Source of the DNA: Pseudomonadota bacterium
GTDB lineage: Bacteria > Bdellovibrionota_B > Oligoflexia > Oligoflexales > CAIYRB01
Direction: 5' to 3'
Length of the DNA stretch: 37,488 nucleotides
NCBI GenBank assembly: GCA_043750715.1
Contig: JAYVBB010000175.1
Span: 1 to 37,488, forward strand
Both the position numbers and the translations under genes were made by a program. Below are positions 16,529 through 24,514 of this stretch, piece by piece. The notes beneath the pieces are model-generated. The model was not told the DNA's origin and ran no database searches. It saw only the letters and a list, made by a program, of their open reading frames with translations. Position 1 is the first letter of the stretch. Each line of letters starts with the position of its first letter.

Positions 16529-16857
16529 CGGATCAAATTCGCCAGGGTATCCGGCCAGTCGCCGCGGAAAGCCACTGCGCGGTCGTCCACGTAGGCGTCA
16601 GCGATCAGCTTTGGCCCGACGAAGACTTGGTCGAACGGAATTTGAAAGTGGTTGAGGAAGTCTTCGATGAAGGCGATTTCCTCAGGCAGTCGGTGCGCCG
16701 CAATGGCTTCAGTCGTGCGACACGTGTGAATTACTATGACGTGTCCCATCTGGCGCAGGCTGATCATGGCGTCGCGCGCCCCGTCGACGGGCCAGACATT
16801 GCCCTCGGCGTCCAGGTTCGCCAGCGTGTTGTCGAAGTCGACCGCGATCGTAGCCAA
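16507..16857 (-). CDS. 116-aa capless HAD-superfamily phosphatase ('mini-HAD'), locus A
   Basis: TTG start at 16857 is preceded by GGAG at 7 nt (MATIAVDFDNTL). All four HAD motifs are present: DFDNTL, VIHTCRT, K in GPKLIAD, YVDDRA. Only the 3' third of the listed 279-aa ORF is credible. Paralogue at 28617..28988. The 3' end overlaps the convergent GT gene by 22 nt. Confidence 0.8.
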   Translation of the reverse strand: MATIAVDFDNTLANLDAEGNVWPVDGARDAMISLRQMGHVIVIHTCRTTEAIAAHRLPEEIAFIEDFLNHFQIPFDQVFVGPKLIADAYVDDRAVAFRGDWPDTLANLIRYVDDVG

Positions 16858-16889
16858 ACTGAGTACTCCTATATGACGTAGCGGGATGT

Positions 16890-17897
16890 CTAGCTGGCGC
16901 GTTTGACGGCGCCCTGATCGCGACGCGGCTCGAGCCAGCCCGCCTTGTCGACCTGTGACGCCACCCACGCATAAGTCTTCGCCATACCCTCGCGCAGCGG
17001 CCGCGACGGCGCCCACTGGAGCTCTTTCATGATCAGCCGGTTGTCGGAGGACCTGCCGCGGACTCCGTTGGGCCCCTTGACGTGCTCGATGCTCAGCTTC
17101 TTGCCGGCGAGGTCCATCGCCATGTGCGCCAGGTCGTTGATCGAAAGCAGCTCGTCGGAGCCGATGTTCACCGGGCCGGCGAACGGCGAGTTCATCAAGC
17201 GGAGGACGCCCTCGACGCATTCGTCGATGTAGAGAAAGGTGCGCGTTTGTTTGCCGTCGCCCCAGATTTCGATGCTGTCGCCGTCGGCGGTCGCCGCGAC
17301 TTTCCGGCAGACTGCCGCCGGCGCCTTCTCGCGGCCACCCACCCAAGTGCCCTCCGGCCCGAAGATGTTGTGGAAGCGGGCGATGCGAACGTCGGTGCCG
17401 GCGTTGCGCTTGAATGCCAGGTAGAGGCGCTCACTGAAAAGCTTCTCCCAGCCATACTCGCTGTCCGGGGCCGCGGGATAAGCCGAGGCTTCTTCGCAGT
17501 TGGGATTGCTCGGGTCCATCTGATTGTGTTCGGGATAGATGCAGGCCGAGGAGGAGTAAAAGATCCTGCCCATGCGGCCTTGGCCGAGACGCAGGACGTT
17601 GAGATTTATCAGCGAGGAGTTCGACATGATCTGGGCATCGTTGTCGCCCGAAAAGATGAACGCCGCGCCACCCATGTCGGCAGCGAGCTGATACACCTCG
17701 TCGAAGGTTTCCTTGAACACCGTCTTCACGAAATCGGGCTGGGTCAGATCCCCTACGAGGAAACGGTGGGCGGGCGACGCCGAGAACTCATGCCGCTTCA
17801 GATCGACGCCGGTGACGTGATGGCCTGCATCCTTCAGGCGGCGAACGAGATGCCCCCCGATGAACCCTCCGGCACCACAGACCAAGACGCGCTTCAT
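16890..17897 (-). CDS. gme: GDP-mannose 3,5-epimerase (SDR, extended family)
   Basis: ATG at 17897 with a GGGGGAAG RBS. GAGGFIGGHL Rossmann motif. YSSSACIYPEHNQ, RFHNIFGPEGTWVGGREKAPAAVCRK, WGDGKQTRTFLYIDECVEGVLRL, PVNIGSDE and GPNGVRGRSSDN closely track the plant GME sequence as I recall it. Confidence 0.88.
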   Translation of the reverse strand: MKRVLVCGAGGFIGGHLVRRLKDAGHHVTGVDLKRHEFSASPAHRFLVGDLTQPDFVKTVFKETFDEVYQLAADMGGAAFIFSGDNDAQIMSNSSLINLNVLRLGQGRMGRIFYSSSACIYPEHNQMDPSNPNCEEASAYPAAPDSEYGWEKLFSERLYLAFKRNAGTDVRIARFHNIFGPEGTWVGGREKAPAAVCRKVAATADGDSIEIWGDGKQTRTFLYIDECVEGVLRLMNSPFAGPVNIGSDELLSINDLAHMAMDLAGKKLSIEHVKGPNGVRGRSSDNRLIMKELQWAPSRPLREGMAKTYAWVASQVDKAGWLEPRRDQGAVKRAS

Positions 17898-17944
17898 TGC
17901 TTCCCCCTGACGACCATTTCTCCAACCTCTCGGCGGACATAGGG

Positions 17945-17958
17945 ATATCGGCCGATAT
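17945..17958. promoter_or_regulatory. perfect 14-nt palindrome ATATCGGCCGATAT in divergent promoter region
   Basis: Lies in the comparatively AT-rich 236-nt gap between the divergent epimerase and carbamoyltransferase genes. Confidence 0.3.
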
Positions 17959-17995
17959 TCAGGGGTGCTGAAGAATAAATTGCCGCATCGTAACT

Positions 17996-18004
17996 TGCTA
18001 TAAT
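17996..18004 (+). promoter_or_regulatory. candidate extended -10 promoter element (TGcTATAAT) for carbamoyltransferase operon
   Basis: TGCTATAAT lies about 130 nt upstream of the proposed start at 18134. No well-spaced -35 element is seen. Confidence 0.25.
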
Positions 18005-18133
18005 TACAGGATTTAACAAAGGTCCGAGGCATGCGGCTGAAGCCCGGGAGTGTGATAAAATGGAGCTACTCCATCTCTAACCTCTTTGCCGGTCCAGCCC
18101 TCCCAATTCAACTCGCGCTCGTGGGGAAACTCC

Positions 18134-19894
18134 TTGAAGAAGCATGTCGTGCTTGGCATCAGCTCAAGCCACGGCGATTCGTCCGCGGCACTCATTGTCG
18201 ACGGGACGGTCGTTGCCGCCGTGGAAGAAGAGCGCTTCGACCGCATCAAGCATTCCGCGCAGTTTCCCGAGCACAGCATCCGTCACTGTCTGGCCGCGGC
18301 CGGCCTAAATGCGACGGACGTGGATCTCGTCGCGCTGCCGCGGAGCCGCTCCGCCGCCTGGCTCCGCAAGCTCCGGTTCGCCTGGAGCGGCCGCAACACG
18401 GTTTCGGGACTCGCCAACTACCTCAGCCGCGAACGCAATCGCAGCTCCGACGTCGAAGCCTTGGCCGAGTTGGGCTTTGACCCTTCCCGGCTGCGTCGCG
18501 TCGAGCATCACGTCGCCCACTTGATGAGCGTCCGGATGCTGCGCCCGCGGGACCCCATGGCGCTTTTGTCCTTCGACGGCTTGGGGGACTTTGCCTCCAC
18601 CGTGACCGCCGTGACGGACGGCGACAAGATGCGCGTGCTGAAGCGCACCTACTTCCCCCACTCGCTCGGCTTTTTCTACACGGCCATGACGCAGTTTCTA
18701 GGCTTTCCCTACTTTGGGGACGAGTTCAAAGCCATGGGTCTGTCGAGCTTCGGTCGGCCGCGCTACCTGGAAGCTCTGCGTGAGCTCGTGATGACCCGCC
18801 CGGACGGCGGTTTCGAGTTGAATCTGCGGGCGTTCCCCGTCGCCAAGTTGGGCAAATCCTTCCGCATCGACAAGGGCCGGCCGATCGTCGGACCGATCTT
18901 CGACGCGGACGTCGTCTCGGCCGTGCTCGGCCTGAAAGAGCGCCGCCCCGGGGACGAGGTGCTCCCCGAGCACGAAGACTTGGCCCTTTCAGTGCAGCGC
19001 CGCTTCGAGGAAGTGGCGGCGCACGTCCTCTGCGATCTGCACGCCAAGACCAAGAGCGACACCATCGCTCTAGCCGGTGGCTGCGCCCACAACAGCGTCT
19101 TCGTCGGCAAGATTCCCGCGCTTACCCCTTTCAAACAAGTCCTCGTCGCGCCGGCTGCGGGCGATGCCGGACTGGCATTGGGGGCCGCCGCCTGCGTCCA
19201 CGGCGGCGCCGTCACGCCCGCCAGCGGCCATTGGGGTCTGCTCGGTCCGGACATCGCGATGGATCAGGGTGCGTGGGTCGAGCTGGCGATTCCAACCCGG
19301 CAACGGCAGTACCAGGACGACGCTTCGCTGATCGAGCGCCTGGTCGACGAGCTCGTCAAAGGCAAGGTCGTCGGTCTGGCTCGGGGCCCGATGGAGTTCG
19401 GACCGCGCGCACTCGGCAGCCGCAGCATCGTTTGCGATCCGCGGCACGAATGGATGAAGCGGCGCCTCAACTCGCTGGTCAAGCATCGCGAGCCCTTCCG
19501 GCCTTTCGCCGCCTCCGTTCTCGAAGAGCAGCAGAACGACTGGTTTCAGAACTGCCGGGAGAGCCCCTTCATGGAAGCAGTCTTCGCCGTCAAACCCGAG
19601 CGCAAGGACGCCATACCAGCCGTCGTCCACGCCGACGGATCCTGCCGGATTCAATCGGTGTCGCATGCGAGCCAGCCGTTCTATCACGAGCTGATCAGCG
19701 CCTTCGCGAAACGGACGCAGGTGCCCATGCTGCTCAACACGTCTTTCAACGACAGCGAGCCCATCGTCCGCACCTCCGCTGAAGCCATCGACTGCTTCCT
19801 CCGCGGCGGTCTGGATCACGTCGTCATCGGACGAGTGCTGATCTCGCGCGAAGACGCCACGGCCTGGGGCGACCACCCGGCCAAAGCCGTCTAA
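18134..19894 (+). CDS. NodU/CmcH-family carbamoyltransferase
   Basis: VVLGISSSHGDSSAALIVDGTVVAAVEEERFDRIKH is the canonical N-terminus of the family, followed by GGCAHNSV and a C-terminal domain with PAVVHADGSCRIQ and LNTSFN. TTG at 18134 with a GGGGAA RBS is preferred to the ORF-track start at 18086; GTG at 18149 is also possible. Confidence 0.9.
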   Translation: MKKHVVLGISSSHGDSSAALIVDGTVVAAVEEERFDRIKHSAQFPEHSIRHCLAAAGLNATDVDLVALPRSRSAAWLRKLRFAWSGRNTVSGLANYLSRERNRSSDVEALAELGFDPSRLRRVEHHVAHLMSVRMLRPRDPMALLSFDGLGDFASTVTAVTDGDKMRVLKRTYFPHSLGFFYTAMTQFLGFPYFGDEFKAMGLSSFGRPRYLEALRELVMTRPDGGFELNLRAFPVAKLGKSFRIDKGRPIVGPIFDADVVSAVLGLKERRPGDEVLPEHEDLALSVQRRFEEVAAHVLCDLHAKTKSDTIALAGGCAHNSVFVGKIPALTPFKQVLVAPAAGDAGLALGAAACVHGGAVTPASGHWGLLGPDIAMDQGAWVELAIPTRQRQYQDDASLIERLVDELVKGKVVGLARGPMEFGPRALGSRSIVCDPRHEWMKRRLNSLVKHREPFRPFAASVLEEQQNDWFQNCRESPFMEAVFAVKPERKDAIPAVVHADGSCRIQSVSHASQPFYHELISAFAKRTQVPMLLNTSFNDSEPIVRTSAEAIDCFLRGGLDHVVIGRVLISREDATAWGDHPAKAV

Positions 19895-19904
19895 GCGGGC
19901 CGCA

Positions 19905-20912
19905 ATGACTTCGAACCGTCCGTCGCTGCTCTATCTCGGTCGCAAAAAAGGCCCGTTCTTCTCGATCGAGCGGGTTTTCGCCTGGGTCGGTCGGGAGGTC
20001 TCGTCGGACTTCGACGTGGCCTTCGCTGCTGCGCCGTGCGAAAGCCGTGGCCTGGTCCGCCGCCTCGTCAACGTTTTCTGGGCTGCCCGCGAGCGCCACG
20101 GAGTCGTGCACGTAACGGGCGACATCAACTACGTGGTTTTGGGCCTGTGGCACCGCGCGACCGTCCAAACCCTGCACGACATTCACACGCGGCATCGGCT
20201 CAAAGGCCTCCGGCGTTGGCTTTTCGACAAGCTTTGGATCGTCTGGCCGATCCGGGCGAGCGGCCTCACGACGGTCGTTTCCGAGTTCACGCGGGCGGAG
20301 ATCGCGGGAGTCCCCGGAGTCGACGCCGGCAAACTCGTCGTCGTCCACAACCCGGTGGACCCCTCGTACGTGTTTCGCGCGAAACCGTGGAATGCGCAGC
20401 GACCACGCCTGCTGCATGTCGGCACGACTCCCAACAAGAACCTCGAGCGGATCGTCGAGTCCGTGCGCGGAATCGTCTGCGAGCTGGGCGTGGTGGGACC
20501 GCTTACCGCCGCGCAGCGGGCACTCCTCGACGCCAGTGGCGTGGTGTACACGCAAAAGCAGGATCTCAGCTCCGAAGCATTGTACGAAGAATACTGCGCG
20601 TGCGACGTGGTCCTGTTCGCGTCGACCTACGAGGGCTTCGGCTTGCCCATCATCGAAGCGCAGACCGTAGGCCGCCCTTTGATTACCAGCCGGACGGCCT
20701 CGATGCCCGAAGTGGCCGGGGACGGCGCCGTCTTCGTCGACCCGTTCGACGTGCAATCCATCCGCGACGGGATCCTTGCCGTTACCGGGGACGAAGCCCT
20801 GCGCGCCCGACTGGTCGCCGCGGGACGGAAGAATGCCGAGCGCTTCCGCTTGCAGACGGTCGCCGCCGCCTACGCGGACGTCTATCGCCGGGTTCTGGCG
20901 AAGGCCCCTTAA
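19905..20912 (+). CDS. GT-B glycosyltransferase, family 4
   Basis: EGFGLPIIEAQTVGRPLITSRTASMPEVAGDGAVFVDP carries the E-x7-E type motif of GT4 enzymes. The ATG lies 10 nt after the carbamoyltransferase stop. Confidence 0.9.
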   Translation: MTSNRPSLLYLGRKKGPFFSIERVFAWVGREVSSDFDVAFAAAPCESRGLVRRLVNVFWAARERHGVVHVTGDINYVVLGLWHRATVQTLHDIHTRHRLKGLRRWLFDKLWIVWPIRASGLTTVVSEFTRAEIAGVPGVDAGKLVVVHNPVDPSYVFRAKPWNAQRPRLLHVGTTPNKNLERIVESVRGIVCELGVVGPLTAAQRALLDASGVVYTQKQDLSSEALYEEYCACDVVLFASTYEGFGLPIIEAQTVGRPLITSRTASMPEVAGDGAVFVDPFDVQSIRDGILAVTGDEALRARLVAAGRKNAERFRLQTVAAAYADVYRRVLAKAP

Positions 20913-21034
20913 TTGCCTGATATGTCGGGAATTTTGTTGGCCGCTTGAGGAATTTTCCGCCGCGTAGCCTAAGCATAGCCCCCAAGCGGTCCGATACCTA
21001 GATTGGTCGATCTTTCCAATCAGATGGGCGGCAA

Positions 21035-22783
21035 GTGAGCAACTCACGCGGCAATTCCGGGCCTTCGCGTTTGGCGATCCTTGGATTCGCGCTTCAAACT
21101 CTTCGCATGGCGTCGTCCACTTCGCCGAGGCATGCCGTACTCGGAATCGCCAGTCCGCTGGCACTCGGCTCGCTCAACTTCGCCGTCGAGGCGGCGTTCG
21201 CCGCGCAGTTCCAGGCTGCCCTGGCCTCGCTCGGCATCTCGCTCGGGGGCGAGTCGAACGCGACCGGCTTTTTCCATCACCAAACTCTGAACACGGCAAT
21301 CGTGTTTCTCCTGATCATCGGGACGATTAGAGCCGTACTCTCCGCCTTGCAGATCTTTTCCTACGGCTACTTTATGGAAAAGTTTCGCTACCTCTTTCGT
21401 CACCGGCTTCTCGATGACGTCCAGGAGCGCGGCACCATCGTCGGAGACCGGGTTGTCGCCAATTTCACCGAAGACATCAACCGTGTGGCCGAATTGTTCT
21501 GCTCCATCACGACGATGACCGGCGGCTTGGTTCAAGCTTTGTTGGCAATGTTGGCAATGTTCTATCTGGCACCCGCGGTGACGGTTGGCGTGATCTTGAT
21601 GGGAATCGCCGGATATCTCCCTCTCTACTATCTGACTCGCCGACAGCTCGAGATAACCAGCCAAGCCTCTCACTATTGGGAACAGGCCAGCTCGGCTCTG
21701 CTCGACGCCTTGCGCAACCACACGCTGCTGAAAATCCACAAGGCCGAATCGACGCAGTACGCCAAGGTCCAGCTCAACCTCGCGACGAGCCTCGACCACA
21801 TCCTGACGAGCCATGCGGCGTCCAGCTTTCGCATGTTTCACCCCCAGTTTCTCGGCGTGGTGGGGATCGCGGCCTTGATTTACGTCGCTCACCGCTGGAG
21901 CCCGTTTCCGGCCGGGACGCTGTTTCCCTTCCTCTACATCATGGGGCGTACCGCGCAGAACCTCTCGATGGCTTCGCTGCAAATCGGCTCGATAAAGGCC
22001 GTAGCAGGAAATATCGATGCCTTGCAGCCTTACATGGACCGTCAGTGCCCCTCTGCGAGGTCCGCAGGGAAGAAGGCTGGTCGCCGCGCGGATCACGGCC
22101 AGCTGAACATCGGCTGGACGCTGGCAGGCGTAGGCTTTGCCTACCCGAAGTCTCCGGCCCGCGTCCTCGACCGCCTCGATCTCCGCATCGTTCCCGGCAC
22201 GTTCACGCTGATTACCGGTGCTTCCGGTTCGGGTAAGTCGACCCTCCTGCAACTTTTGATCGGCGAACTAACCCCCCAACAGGGAAGCGTCGTGGTCGAC
22301 TTCGGTAACGGAGTGTCCGGCCCCCTGAGCAAGTTGAAGGACGAGCTCCTGTCCAGCATCGGCTACGTCGGCGTCGGCGGAGCACTCCTGCACGCGACGG
22401 TTCGGGAGAACCTCATGCTGGGCATCGAGAACCAGCCGACCGAACACGAAATCGCCGCGACCCTGGAGGCATGCAAGTGCGACTTCGTCTACGAACTGCC
22501 GCAAGGGATCGACACCCTGATCTCCCCGACCGACGTCGGCATCTCCACTGGACAACGCCAACGGATCGCCCTGGCACGGGCGCTTCTACGCCGGCCGCGC
22601 GCGCTGCTTCTCGACGAGGCGACAGCCAATCTGGACAGTGAGACGGCGCGGGTGATCGCGAGCGAAATCCTGCGGCTCAAGGGGCTAGTCACCATCGTCG
22701 CCATCAGCCACGGCTTCGAGTTCGCGGAACACGCGGACGTCCACGTGGATCTCAAGCCGGCCGCAGACCGTCTGGCGTCCTGA
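21035..22783 (+). CDS. fused ABC exporter (six-TM ABC_membrane domain + ATPase), locus A
   Basis: Walker A GASGSGKSTLLQLL, signature ISTGQRQRIALARALL, Walker B LLLDEATANLD, H-loop ISHG. N-terminal ~330 aa is polytopic. The start is uncertain: GTG 21035 or ATG 21107. Confidence 0.9.
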   Translation: MSNSRGNSGPSRLAILGFALQTLRMASSTSPRHAVLGIASPLALGSLNFAVEAAFAAQFQAALASLGISLGGESNATGFFHHQTLNTAIVFLLIIGTIRAVLSALQIFSYGYFMEKFRYLFRHRLLDDVQERGTIVGDRVVANFTEDINRVAELFCSITTMTGGLVQALLAMLAMFYLAPAVTVGVILMGIAGYLPLYYLTRRQLEITSQASHYWEQASSALLDALRNHTLLKIHKAESTQYAKVQLNLATSLDHILTSHAASSFRMFHPQFLGVVGIAALIYVAHRWSPFPAGTLFPFLYIMGRTAQNLSMASLQIGSIKAVAGNIDALQPYMDRQCPSARSAGKKAGRRADHGQLNIGWTLAGVGFAYPKSPARVLDRLDLRIVPGTFTLITGASGSGKSTLLQLLIGELTPQQGSVVVDFGNGVSGPLSKLKDELLSSIGYVGVGGALLHATVRENLMLGIENQPTEHEIAATLEACKCDFVYELPQGIDTLISPTDVGISTGQRQRIALARALLRRPRALLLDEATANLDSETARVIASEILRLKGLVTIVAISHGFEFAEHADVHVDLKPAADRLAS

Positions 22784-22799
22784 AGTCACCTTCAGGACG
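22776..22799. terminator. perfect 10-bp hairpin spanning both stop codons of convergent genes (possible bidirectional terminator)
   Basis: CGTCCTGAAG-tcac-CTTCAGGACG. The ABC TGA (22781-22783) sits in the left arm and the M14 TGA (complement of 22792-22794) in the right arm. There are no flanking U tracts. Confidence 0.4.
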
Positions 22800-23817
22800 T
22801 TCCGTACCAGAGGTCCTTGGCTTTGCCTTCGCAACGGTCGGCTTCCATGCGGGCGGCCGAAAGCCAGTTTTCGTGCGAAACCGTCGCCCGGAACAGGAAG
22901 TCGAGCAGCGCCAGGTGCCTGCGCAGCGTACGTTGGATGCGGTGCGGCAGCACGGGGTTGAAAATCCCCAGCGACGACAAAGCCTGCCGCGGGTTCTTTT
23001 TGATCCAAAGCCATGATCCCATCTCGAGAGTCAGCGGCAGAAAGACCCGGCCCCGCGCCGCTTGCCGATGCTCCAGAAACAGGTAGTCCCACAAATCGCC
23101 GTGGGTCACGTACTTCAGGGATTGGGGTTCCATCAGGTAGTAATGGTTCGGCAGGCTCCGGTCCAGGCGCACTTTCAGAGCGTACATTTTCCCGAGATGG
23201 TCGAAGGACTGCTTCGAGTAAGCGAACGGAAACCACAAGCGGTCGACCATCCCGAAGCCCGAATGCATGTCGAGGGCGACCGAGAACCGGCTGGGAAACA
23301 CCTCGCGGCGGATGAACTCGGCCAAGGCTACGGCTTCTGGCTGCATCGGCTCGCCTGCCGCTCCGCGGTACCAGGGCAGGTGCTTCGAGATGCGGTGGCC
23401 GCCGACGAGCGGAATGTTCGGCTTGGTCTCCGCGTCGAGCGGAGCGTTACGCATCAAATCGACGCCGAGGGGGTTGGACCTCGTGCCGGAATACATGCCG
23501 GCCGGATTCACCAGGGGGTAAAACACCATGCGGGCATTGCGAAGCAGGTGCTCGAGGCCCTTGTCCCAAGCCAGGAGCTCGACCAGCGTCCGGAGCTGCG
23601 ACAATGCGACGTTGGTGCCGATGCGCTCGAGCCCGTGCACGCCTCCGACGTACGCCACGGTAGGAGCAGAGCGGTCGGCGGTGCCGAATACGAATGAGTA
23701 GAGAGGAAACACCTCTCCCGCGTGGCGCACTTCCCCTTCGAGCCGGACCGTGCCGTATCCCCGGCAACTCTCAGCCAGTTCCTTCAACTCGAGCATTTCG
23801 GGGAGACGGCGCTTCAC
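22792..23817 (-). CDS. M14-family zinc carboxypeptidase/amidase-like protein (DUF2817/MpaA-like)
   Basis: Zn and catalytic pattern: GGVHGLERIG (HxxE), VNPAG, NPLGVDLMRN, DMHSG, LTLEMG. Candidate starts are GTG 23844, GTG 23817 (GAGAGG RBS, used here) and ATG 23796. All of them overlap the 3' end of the upstream acyltransferase gene. Confidence 0.75.
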   Translation of the reverse strand: MKRRLPEMLELKELAESCRGYGTVRLEGEVRHAGEVFPLYSFVFGTADRSAPTVAYVGGVHGLERIGTNVALSQLRTLVELLAWDKGLEHLLRNARMVFYPLVNPAGMYSGTRSNPLGVDLMRNAPLDAETKPNIPLVGGHRISKHLPWYRGAAGEPMQPEAVALAEFIRREVFPSRFSVALDMHSGFGMVDRLWFPFAYSKQSFDHLGKMYALKVRLDRSLPNHYYLMEPQSLKYVTHGDLWDYLFLEHRQAARGRVFLPLTLEMGSWLWIKKNPRQALSSLGIFNPVLPHRIQRTLRRHLALLDFLFRATVSHENWLSAARMEADRCEGKAKDLWYGTS

Positions 23818-24514
23818 TGTGGAACCTCTCGGCGATCCGGGCACGAACCTCGCGGGCGATCAACTTTCTCGATTTGTGTCCTCGGAACGCCACTTCGCCC
23901 AGGACCGAGACCTGGGCTCTGATCGTCTTCGTTTGCATGAGGCTCCAGAGATGGGGGAAGAACGTCATCTCCCCATACCAGGCGACCTCGGGCGCCTGGT
24001 CATACCGAAGACACACGGGTACGACGCGACATGAGCTGCGTATCGCCGATTCTAGCAAAGTTTTCTTGAACTCCATAAGGTGTTCGCCGTTGGACGTCGA
24101 CCCTTCCGGGAAGAGCGTGACCGAATGGCCGCGATTCAGGAGATCGGCCAGCTGAATGATGTCCTGCTGCACGCTCCAGACGTTGCGCCGCTCGACGAAG
24201 GCACAGCCGGCGGCGCGGGTGATCCAGCCGAGCACGGGGGTTTGCTCGATCTCCCGCGACGTGACGAACACGGACGGAAAGATCGCATTGATTACGATGA
24301 CGTCGACGTAAGAAATGTGATTCGGCAGCACGAGAATCGGCCGACCCTCGACCTCCGCGAGCCCCTCGGGATCGTCGACCTCGCAGCGGATGTCCAGGAT
24401 CCTCATCAACAGGAAGCACACGAGCCGCGTCAGGGCCACGACGCGCCGTTGCCCGGAGTCCCGCGACGTGGTGGTCATGCGGAGGAGCAGGGCGGCCGGC
24501 ACGAAAGAGATCAT
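23771..24514 (-). CDS. olsA: PlsC-family lysolipid O-acyltransferase (OlsA-like)
   Basis: NHISYVD (HX4D) and FPEGSTSNG motifs. The ATG at 24514 overlaps the upstream stop (ATGA). The longer 345-aa ORF-track version would run through the upstream gene and is Arg-rich. Confidence 0.8.
   Translation of the reverse strand: MISFVPAALLLRMTTTSRDSGQRRVVALTRLVCFLLMRILDIRCEVDDPEGLAEVEGRPILVLPNHISYVDVIVINAIFPSVFVTSREIEQTPVLGWITRAAGCAFVERRNVWSVQQDIIQLADLLNRGHSVTLFPEGSTSNGEHLMEFKKTLLESAIRSSCRVVPVCLRYDQAPEVAWYGEMTFFPHLWSLMQTKTIRAQVSVLGEVAFRGHKSRKLIAREVRARIAERFHSEAPSPRNARVEGTG

Noticed and set aside
16858-17346. N-terminal 163 codons of the listed 279-aa ORF (16507..17346)
   Set aside because: This part overlaps the well-supported epimerase gene in another frame and is Arg/Gly/Pro-rich. 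A GGAG-TTG start at 16857 gives a complete 116-aa HAD protein that aligns end to end with its paralogue.
16507-17897. Epimerase plus phosphatase as a plant-like (Smirnoff-Wheeler) L-galactose/ascorbate pathway
   Set aside because: No GDP-L-galactose phosphorylase (HIT family), L-galactose dehydrogenase or lactone oxidase is present. The HAD has a paralogue coupled to an export protein with no epimerase. The glycosyltransferase context favours GDP-L-sugar use as a polymer donor.
19824-21164. 446-aa minus-strand ORF spanning the GT4 gene and intergenic DNA
   Set aside because: It runs antisense to a clear GT4 glycosyltransferase, crosses a non-coding gap, and is extremely Arg/Pro/Gly-rich with no motifs.
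21044-22252. 402-aa ORF antisense to the ABC exporter gene
   Set aside because: The sense strand carries unmistakable Walker A, signature and Walker B motifs. The antisense product is Arg/Gly-rich low-information sequence.
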